From the NCBI GenBank assembly GCA_963737905.1, contig CAVTUQ010000040.1:61870-125869 (forward strand): 64,000 nt of DNA, in the 5' to 3' direction. Position numbers and translations under genes: made by a program. The notes beneath the pieces are model-generated. The model saw only the letters and a program-made list of their open reading frames with translations, ran no database searches and had not been told where the DNA came from. Below, one piece after another: positions 56,312 to 64,000 of this stretch (positions are counted from its first letter, which is position 1; every line of letters starts with the position of its first letter). The stretch is from an uncultured delta proteobacterium (GTDB lineage Bacteria > Desulfobacterota > Binatia > UBA9968).

Positions 56312-58736
56312 TTAGACATTGTCGCTTTCTGTGGAACTGGCGCGGCCGGATGCCGGCTTGTGCTGTCCCCACCTCCAGCCACTGATTTGAGGCGCGTCCT
56401 CGCCGTGTTCGTAGATATATTCCTTGTGATCGATGAGCGCATCGCGGATCGCCTGTTTCGCATAGGCTGCCCGGGCCCCCAACTGCGGCACACGGTCGAT
56501 CACGTCTTGCACTAAATGGAAGCGGTCGAGATCGTTGAGCACGCACATATCGAAGGGGGTGGTGGTGGTCCCCTCTTCCTTGTAACCACGCACGTGCAGA
56601 TTCTCATGGTTGGTGCGCCGGTAGGTGAGCCGGTGAATCAGCCATGGGTAGCCGTGAAAAGCAAAAATGATCGGCTTGTCCGTAGTGAACAGCGCGTCAA
56701 AATCTTTGTCGGCTGAGTCCGTGCGGGTGCTCGTTATGCGGCTGCAGGGTCATCAGATCGACGACATTGATCACTCTGATTTTTAAGTCGGGAACGTGCC
56801 GGCGCAACAGGTCCACCGCTGCGAGAGTCTCCAGGGTCGGCACGTCACCACAACAGGCCATGATCACATCGGGTACACCGCCACGATCGTTGCTCGCCCA
56901 CTCCCAGATGCCGATCCCGGCGGTGCAGTGCTTGACGGCTTGGTCCATATTCAGCCACTGGGGAGCCGGCTGTTTGCCGGCGATAATAACATTCACATAG
57001 TTGCGGCTACGGAGGCAGTGATCCGTCACCGAAAGCAGGCAGTTGGCGTCGGGCGGCAGATAGACTCGCACGATTTCAGCCTTCTTGTTGACCACATGAT
57101 CGATGAAGCCGGGGTCCTGGTGGCTAAAGCCGTTGTGATCTTGCCGCCACACGTGAGAAGACAGCAGATAGTTGAGCGAAGCGATCGGCCGGCGCCAGGC
57201 AATGCCGTTACTCACCTTGAGCCATTTGGCGTGCTGATTGACCATGGAGTCGATGATATGGATGAAGGCCTCATAACAAGAAAAAAATCCGTGGCGCCCG
57301 GTCAGGAGATATCCTTCGAGCCATCCTTCGCATTGATGCTCGCTCAGCATCTCCATCACCCGACCGTCGGGAGCCAAGTGGTCGTCGTAGGGATAGCGAT
57401 CCGCCATCCAGGCGCGATTAGTAACATCAAGCACGTCTTGCCAACGGTTCGAGTTGTTCTCATCCGGACTAAACAGACGGAAATTTTTGCTTTCCAGATT
57501 GAGCTTCATGACGTCGCGCAAAAAATCCCCCATGACCCGAGTGGCTTCGGCATCGACGGCACCGGGGCTCGAAATCTTAACCCCGTAGTCGCGAAAGTTC
57601 GGCAGCCGGAGATCTTTGCGCTGGAGGCCACCATTCGTATGCGGATTGGCGCTCAAGCGCCGCTCGCCCGTCGGCGGCAGCTCAGCCAGTTTGGGGATGA
57701 GTATCCCCTTCTCGTCGAACAGCTCCTGCGGCTTATAACTCTTCATCCAGTTTTCGAGGATCTTTACGTGTTTGGGATTTTCATGCATCTCACCCATCGG
57801 CACCTGGTGGCTTCGCCAGTAGTCCTCGGTGCGCTTGCCGTCGATCTCCTTGGGACACGTCCAGCCCTTTGGGGTGCGCAGAACAATCATGGGCCAGCGT
57901 GGCCGCTTTACTCTCCCGTTTCCCCGCTTACTAACGGTTCGCGCCTCGGTCTGAATCTGTTTGATCTCGGAGATAACTCGATCGAGTGTCCCGGCCATAA
58001 GCCGGTGCATCTTCTCCGGCTCATCGCCTTCGACGAAATACGGCGTGTAGCCGTAGCCACGAAAGAGCTGCTCCAACTCCTCGTGACTGACGCGCGCCAA
58101 CAGCGTGGGATTGGCAATCTTGTAGCCGTTCAGATGCAAGATCGGTAGCACCGCGCCATCGGTCACCGGGTTGAGAAACTTGTTTGAATGCCAGCTTGTG
58201 GCCAACGGCCCGGTCTCCGCTTCGCCATCCCCGACGACGCAGGCGACGATTAAGTTGGCATTGTCGAAGGCCGCTCCATAGGCGTGGGAAAGAGCATAGC
58301 CCAGCTCACCACCTTCGTGGATCGAGCCCGGCGTCTCGGGTGCCACATGGCTCGGAATACCACCGGGAAAGGAGAATTGCTTGAACAGCTTTTTCATTCC
58401 CGCTTCGTCCTGGGAAATATTCGGATAAACCTCGCTATAGGTTCCCTCTAGATACGCGTTGGCCACCAGACCCGGCCCACCGTGTCCAGGCCCCGTAATA
58501 TAAATCATGTCCAGGTCGTTCGCTTTGATGACCCGATTGAGATGAACGTAAATAAAATTCAAGCCCGGCGTGGTGCCCCAATGACCCAACAGCCGTGGTT
58601 TGATGTGCTCTTTGCTCAATGGCTTCTTCAGCAGCGGATTATCGTAAAGATAAATTTGCCCCACCGACAAATAGTTGGCGGCGCGCCAGTACGCGTCCAT
58701 CAGCTTTAATTGTTCCCTGGATAGTTTTTCGAGCAT
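56312..58736 (-). CDS. xfp: Phosphoketolase (frameshift near 56710)
   Basis: [25 protein letters not shown] and [11 protein letters not shown]. The C-terminal HGYP...[13 protein letters not shown] lies in another frame. Confidence 0.92.
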
Positions 58737-58839
58737 TGCGGTTCTCCTCTTGGTTTATCTTAGCGGACACAGCTTCTCGCGCAATGCCGAAAAGGAATTT
58801 CAATGCGCGTCGTAGGATGAAAGGAGGGTTTCCAGAAAT

Positions 58840-59265
58840 CTATCTTTCGAGTTTGATGGTCAATCCGCCGCCACCCAGCTGCAGCCTGACGCCCTGCGTA
58901 GTTGAGCGGAGATGTATAACCACGCCATTTTGATTGCGCAGCACGATGCTTCCCATCCCACCGCCCAGTGCAAACCCCGCTTCACCGGCGAAATAGATTC
59001 CTTCAAACAGCCCCAGGTCCACCAACTTGTAGATGTCCCCGACGGCGCTCGCCGTTGCAATGCCAAAATCAAGCATAGTAAGACCGTTAACGGAAAACCG
59101 GAACTCTCTGTCCGCGAAGCTCAGCGTCCCCTCTCCCCAGCTCACGCCGATGCCGAACGCAATCGACTTGGTTTGGATAGCTATCCTTCCCGAAGGCAAC
59201 GGCCTCTCACTCGAAACGGCGAACGGTGCAATCGCTAGAAAGAGAACAGCTAGGGTAAGTCCCAA
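58840..59265 (-). CDS. Exported hypothetical protein (DUF1134/EipA-like)
   Basis: Signal peptide, IGVSWGEGTL and LRNQNGVVIHL. Confidence 0.65.
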   Translation of the reverse strand: MGLTLAVLFLAIAPFAVSSERPLPSGRIAIQTKSIAFGIGVSWGEGTLSFADREFRFSVNGLTMLDFGIATASAVGDIYKLVDLGLFEGIYFAGEAGFALGGGMGSIVLRNQNGVVIHLRSTTQGVRLQLGGGGLTIKLER

Positions 59266-59700
59266 GATTTTATGCAGCTTAAGCAGGTTTCGAGTCCTCC
59301 TCGAGGCACAAACTTATCGTCGCGACTAAAGGCCGTCGGTCACTTCGTCGTGAATAATCCGCCGTCTACGTCTGTATAACACCTCGAGCCCAATTGTTCG
59401 GCAAGGGTCCTGTGGACAATGTATCGAAAAACAGTAAGACTGCCTATTGGACCTTGGTCCAATGGCAATGGGGAAGGCTCTTCGCCTTTTTTCCGCTTAA
59501 CGCGGTTGGGATGGTTTGAGCTTTGCCCTGCCACACGAGATGAGTGAAGCGCTGGCCATTGATCTGGCGCAAGTTGTCACTTCGACGCTTCGGGAATGCT
59601 CAAAACGTCGAAGGTTCACGGGTCCATTGCACGTCTCTATCCCAAGAGCTAGAATCAATGCCGGCGATGTGAGCGGCTTCTTTCTGGACGGAGGCATTTC

Positions 59701-61539
59701 TTGAGTCCATCATCAAAACATATTGCACTTTGGTTGGTCTTGGCGCTGGTTCTGGTTGCGATTTTCAGCGTTTTTAACAAACAATACCGGCGCGAACCGG
59801 AAATTATTTTCAGCGACTTTATGGGGGGTGTCGAGCGCGGCGACGTTCGAGAGGTCGTGATCCAGGGACATCATATTCAGGGCAAATACAAGAACGGTGA
59901 CCAGTTCAGAACTTTTGAGCCGGATGATCCGCAGCTGGTGAAGTCCTTGCGGGATAAGGACGTGAAGATCGCCGCAAGGGCCGAGGACGATTCGCCGTGG
60001 TACTTGGTGCTCCTGATTAACTGGCTGCCCATGCTGCTTCTGATTGGGGTGTGGATATTTTTCATGCGCCAGATGCAGGTGGGCGGCGGCAAGGCGATGT
60101 CCTTTGGCAAAAGCCGCGCAAAACTGCTTACGGAGAATCAACACCGGGTGACCTTTAACGATGTCGCCGGCGTGGATGAGGCCAAAGATGATCTGCAAGA
60201 GATCATCGCATTCCTCAAAGATCCGAAAAAATTCACGAAGCTGGGCGGCCGAATTCCCAAAGGGTGTTTGCTCGTGGGCGCTCCGGGAACTGGCAAGACT
60301 CTGTTGGCGCGTGCGATCGCGGGCGAAGCCGGGGTCCCGTTCTTCAGTATCAGCGGTTCCGATTTCGTAGAAATGTTCGTCGGCGTCGGTGCTTCCCGAG
60401 TCCGTGACCTTTTCGTTCAAGGCAAAAAGAAGGCGCCTTGCATCATTTTTATCGACGAAATCGACGCGGTTGGGCGTCACCGCGGAGCCGGCCTCGGGGG
60501 CGGCCACGACGAGCGCGAACAGACGTTGAACCAGCTGTTGGTCGAGATGGATGGGTTCGAGTCCAACGAGGGAGTCATTTTGATCGCTGCAACCAACCGG
60601 CCTGACGTTTTGGATCCTGCGTTGCTCCGTCCAGGACGGTTTGATCGACACGTGGTGGTACCTCGACCGGACATCAGAGGGCGAGAAGGTATTCTGCAGG
60701 TGCACACCCGTAAGGTGCCCTTGTCAACGGATGTGGACGTCCGTGTGCTGGCGCGATCCACGCCCGGCTTTACCGGCGCGGACTTGGAGAATCTCGTAAA
60801 CGAAGCGGCTTTGTTGGCAGCTCGGAATGACAAGGAAAACGTCAACATGCTCGACTTGGAGCTGGCCAAGGACAAGGTCATGATGGGCGCGGAACGGCGC
60901 AGCATGATTATCAGCGATGAAGAGAAGCGCAATACGGCTTATCACGAAGCCGGTCATGCATTGGTAGCGAAATTACTCCCGGGTGCCGACCCGATCCATA
61001 AAGTTACGATCATTCCTCGCGGTATGGCTTTGGGGCTGACGCAGCAACTGCCCACGGACGAAAAGCACACCTACCCCAGGGAATATCTCCTCAATAATTT
61101 GGTCATTCTGTACGGCGGGCGCGTGGCGGAAGAGCTTGTGCTCGAGCATACGACGACCGGCGCGGGAAACGATATCGAAAAGGCGACCGATCTGGCGCGC
61201 CGGATGGTCTGCGAGTGGGGAATGAGCGAAAAGTTAGGCCCCATGACGTTCGGCAAGAAAGAAGAAGAGATTTTTCTGGGAAGAGACTTTACACAGAAAG
61301 CCGACTATTCCAAGAGCACGGCCATTGAAATAGACGCTGAGGTCAGGCGCATTATCCAGGAGAGTTACCATCGAGCCAAGGATCTGTTAAAGACTAATCT
61401 GGGTCTGCTGCATAAAGTTGCGGAAAACTTGCTCGAAAAAGAGGTTCTGGACGGTTCGGAGATTGACGCTATAGTCAGAGCTTTCGGCGGCAACGGCGGA
61501 GAACCGTTCACACCATCGAGTGCGGCGGCCGTTGCCTAG
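59701..61539 (+). CDS. ftsH: ATP-dependent zinc metalloprotease FtsH
   Basis: Two TM segments, [15 protein letters not shown], second region of homology and HEAGH. Confidence 0.97.
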   Translation: MSPSSKHIALWLVLALVLVAIFSVFNKQYRREPEIIFSDFMGGVERGDVREVVIQGHHIQGKYKNGDQFRTFEPDDPQLVKSLRDKDVKIAARAEDDSPWYLVLLINWLPMLLLIGVWIFFMRQMQVGGGKAMSFGKSRAKLLTENQHRVTFNDVAGVDEAKDDLQEIIAFLKDPKKFTKLGGRIPKGCLLVGAPGTGKTLLARAIAGEAGVPFFSISGSDFVEMFVGVGASRVRDLFVQGKKKAPCIIFIDEIDAVGRHRGAGLGGGHDEREQTLNQLLVEMDGFESNEGVILIAATNRPDVLDPALLRPGRFDRHVVVPRPDIRGREGILQVHTRKVPLSTDVDVRVLARSTPGFTGADLENLVNEAALLAARNDKENVNMLDLELAKDKVMMGAERRSMIISDEEKRNTAYHEAGHALVAKLLPGADPIHKVTIIPRGMALGLTQQLPTDEKHTYPREYLLNNLVILYGGRVAEELVLEHTTTGAGNDIEKATDLARRMVCEWGMSEKLGPMTFGKKEEEIFLGRDFTQKADYSKSTAIEIDAEVRRIIQESYHRAKDLLKTNLGLLHKVAENLLEKEVLDGSEIDAIVRAFGGNGGEPFTPSSAAAVA

Positions 61540-61570
61540 GTAGACCGTCCGATCCGCGCCCTAATCCCCC

Positions 61571-63934
61571 TCATTCCTCCATCGGCACGATCCACTCGGC
61601 CGGGTCGTCCGGGCTCGCACCCTTCGGACGAACCGCGCCCCCGATCTCCAGATCGCGCCATTGGAGCGGGCCGTGGACGCCCTGCAGTATCAATCGCACC
61701 CGCCGCCGAGAACCCTCGACGCGAACTTCCATGAAGCTCTGAAAGAACGGGGCTCGATTAAAGTCGAATATTCCGGAGAGCGCTTCCACCGAAGCCGGCC
61801 AGGCGTTGAAGCGCTTGATCCACCACCACACCGGCCATTTCCACCTGCCGGTCTCGTTCTCGAGCTTCGCGCGGACGGCCTCCGTGCTCGGGTAGAACGC
61901 CCAGTCCTGCACAGGGGCTGGCGAAGGCCAGTCGAGCGCCGTGCCGATACTGAGATAGGCTCCGCCACCGCCGTTGACGAAGTGATGCATCACATGCTGG
62001 CCGTCGCCACTGTCATAGGCTTCCCGGTAGTACTCGAAGTCGTGGGTGTCTCCCGCCATTACGATCGGAGTCTTATACTGGCGCAGGAGACGATGGATGC
62101 TGCCGAAAGCTTCGTCGGTTCCCTGATAGCCGCCGCCGGCATAAAGCGGATGGCCGAGGATCACCATCGTGAACCGGCCCCGCGCTCGCGACAGCGCTTC
62201 TTCGAGCCACCTGGCCTGAGCGGGATCGATGCGGCGCAGGATACCGGTGTCAACGGCAATTAGAGAAAACTTTTGTCCGTGGATCTCGAAGAACGGCGCG
62301 CGCTGCTCGCCGGTTCGGACACTATATTCCTTTCGTAGTCGCGCCGCTTCGCTTATCGCGCTGGCGACACCGGGTCGATCCGGCGGCGTGATCACTGCCG
62401 TCAACTGCTCGCGCGCGTCCATCGCCGCCTGCGCGGCCACCGGCTCCATCAGGTTCGCGGCAAAGCCGTCGAGCGCGCTGAACCAGTCATGATTGCCGGG
62501 AATCGCATAGATCGGCTTCTCGAAGCCTTTGAACGGCAGGTAGAAATTGAACTCGTAGTCGCGCATCGCGCCACCAGGATAGATCACGTCCGACGACACG
62601 ACGAGGAACTTCACGTCCGGACGCCGGCCCAGGTCGAGATAGCGGTCACGCAACGATGCCTGCGACGGATCGCCTTCGCCGGGATCACCGATGACGAGAA
62701 AGCTGAAGTCCGCGGCGTCGCTGACGCCGTCGGGTCGCACTTCAAACAGTGCTTCCTTGGACACGCCGGTGGGCAGCACTTCGCGCTCGACGGCCGCGAT
62801 CATCGCCTCGCGCCAGATGTCAGTCCGCGCTTCGGTGACCCTCTCCCAGAAGGCGCTCGCCCAGTTCTCTGTGTTAAAGTACCAGCTAAAGCCCCAGATC
62901 GGATTGATGGCCACGACCACGGCCACGATGGGCAAGCCAGCGCGGAGCCACTGTGAGACGGCGGCGCGCAGCGAACCGCGCGTCAGCCGCAAGCGGACGC
63001 CCCACCTGAGCCGGCTGTCGAGCCACCAATTTACCGCCTGCTCACCAAGACCCAAATCTTTCGCCTGGGTCTGATCCGAGAGGCGACGCTCCCAAACTCG
63101 CCGTTCGATGGGCCGCGTAAGCCGGCGCCAGCTGAGCCATGCGGGAAGCAGCAGCACGGCGACGAGCAGAGCCGAGAGCATGTCGCCGATAACAGCCACC
63201 AGCGGTGAAATCAGACCAAGCCAGGTCCAGTCCGCCTGCAGGCGCCCGGCATGGATGGCAAAAAATACCAGGATCAGAACGATGATCCAGAAGGCATCGA
63301 CGGGCAGCGCCGCCAGCTCGCGCTCGACGGCGGCGGCACGCAGCCGGCCAAATTCGGCGTGCGGCGGCAGGCCGAGTCGTTCATCCGGATGTTCATTGGT
63401 CGCCCGAGCGAAATCGACGTCTTCGATGCCTTTGTCTGGAGCGAAGAGCGCCGTCCACCCGCTGGACATGATGTAGAGCCCGAGCCCCACTCCAAGAACA
63501 ACGGCACCCGTGGAGGCGCCCTGCCGCCAAATCAGCAGCGCGAGGAGGAGATTGACGATGCCGTTGAAAATTGTCCACCAGCGCGTTTGGCCGAGCTTGT
63601 CTCTAAGCGCGCTCACGATCTTCGTGACACCGTCTGCCGCCACGATCAGCGCGAGGAACGCCAGAAGCCCGCCAATCACCATGACCGGCCGGGCGAAAAG
63701 CAGCAACCCGCCGAGGATCATCAGCACGCCCGTGAGATAGGTCGTCCATGTCGAGGACGACGATTGCGTTCGCAGGCCTTGGATAACCCCCACGGCCCCG
63801 GCAACCAGCACGATGAGGCCCAGGATTGAAATTGCCCACCCGCCCGCGCTGAAAGGCGTAATGATGGCAATCAGGCCGAACACCAACAACAGCGCGCCAT
63901 AAGCGCGCTGTGAAAAGGAGACGGCGCGCATCAT
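61571..63934 (-). CDS. Membrane protein: DUF308/HdeD-like N-terminus fused to a calcineurin-like metallophosphoesterase
   Basis: Multiple N-terminal TM segments; GDPGE, SDVIY, GNHDW, GHP and GDTH. Confidence 0.85.
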   Translation of the reverse strand: MMRAVSFSQRAYGALLLVFGLIAIITPFSAGGWAISILGLIVLVAGAVGVIQGLRTQSSSSTWTTYLTGVLMILGGLLLFARPVMVIGGLLAFLALIVAADGVTKIVSALRDKLGQTRWWTIFNGIVNLLLALLIWRQGASTGAVVLGVGLGLYIMSSGWTALFAPDKGIEDVDFARATNEHPDERLGLPPHAEFGRLRAAAVERELAALPVDAFWIIVLILVFFAIHAGRLQADWTWLGLISPLVAVIGDMLSALLVAVLLLPAWLSWRRLTRPIERRVWERRLSDQTQAKDLGLGEQAVNWWLDSRLRWGVRLRLTRGSLRAAVSQWLRAGLPIVAVVVAINPIWGFSWYFNTENWASAFWERVTEARTDIWREAMIAAVEREVLPTGVSKEALFEVRPDGVSDAADFSFLVIGDPGEGDPSQASLRDRYLDLGRRPDVKFLVVSSDVIYPGGAMRDYEFNFYLPFKGFEKPIYAIPGNHDWFSALDGFAANLMEPVAAQAAMDAREQLTAVITPPDRPGVASAISEAARLRKEYSVRTGEQRAPFFEIHGQKFSLIAVDTGILRRIDPAQARWLEEALSRARGRFTMVILGHPLYAGGGYQGTDEAFGSIHRLLRQYKTPIVMAGDTHDFEYYREAYDSGDGQHVMHHFVNGGGGAYLSIGTALDWPSPAPVQDWAFYPSTEAVRAKLENETGRWKWPVWWWIKRFNAWPASVEALSGIFDFNRAPFFQSFMEVRVEGSRRRVRLILQGVHGPLQWRDLEIGGAVRPKGASPDDPAEWIVPMEE

Positions 63935-64000
63935 GAATCGAAGGTCCGCCGAATGCCGGCCTGTCTGGTCACGTCGACTACCATGATCTTCTTCAGTGAC

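Noticed and set aside
56796-58148. Long antisense ORFs (450 aa here; also 59713-60705, 52078-52971 and 36535-37281)
   Set aside because: They are shadows of well-conserved genes on the opposite strand and show no recognisable motifs.

Overview
This is a bacterial chromosomal window. The gene families and intergenic repeat style suggest a Binatota/deltaproteobacterium-like organism, which is inference only. The right part (~22.3-64 kb) is mostly housekeeping and metabolic: amidohydrolases, a threonine synthase-like gene, an FAD/Fe-S oxidoreductase, a uracil-DNA glycosylase, two tandem succinate:quinone oxidoreductase gene sets (a CCG-anchored sdhABE-like set and frdABCD), pilT/pilU, a UbiD-family decarboxylase, a probable UGA-encoded selenoprotein of the ArsC/Spx family, purC, xfp and ftsH. 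The left part (~2.7-22.3 kb) is an accessory island and holds the strongest signal. A minus-strand operon encodes an orphan ABC-type substrate-binding protein, a Cache/HAMP histidine kinase and a GAFTGA-containing sigma54 activator. It sits head-to-head with an array of six near-identical ~130-bp promoter modules. Each module has twin 18-bp palindromes (GGTG(G/T)C-N6-(G/C)(A/C)CACC), an IHF-like site and a sigma54 -24/-12 box. Each precedes a different secreted or envelope cargo gene (Kelch/FG-GAP proteins, an M23-like protein, ExbB/D, unknown exported proteins). A seventh, divergent sigma54 box faces the regulator operon. The modules are interleaved with toxin-antitoxin pairs, gene fragments and short GGG(G)WC junction motifs, so the region looks like a self-contained, actively reshuffled 'promoter-cassette' regulon. 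Several single-base frameshifts in conserved genes are probably sequencing errors. All product calls come from motif recognition, not from database searches.
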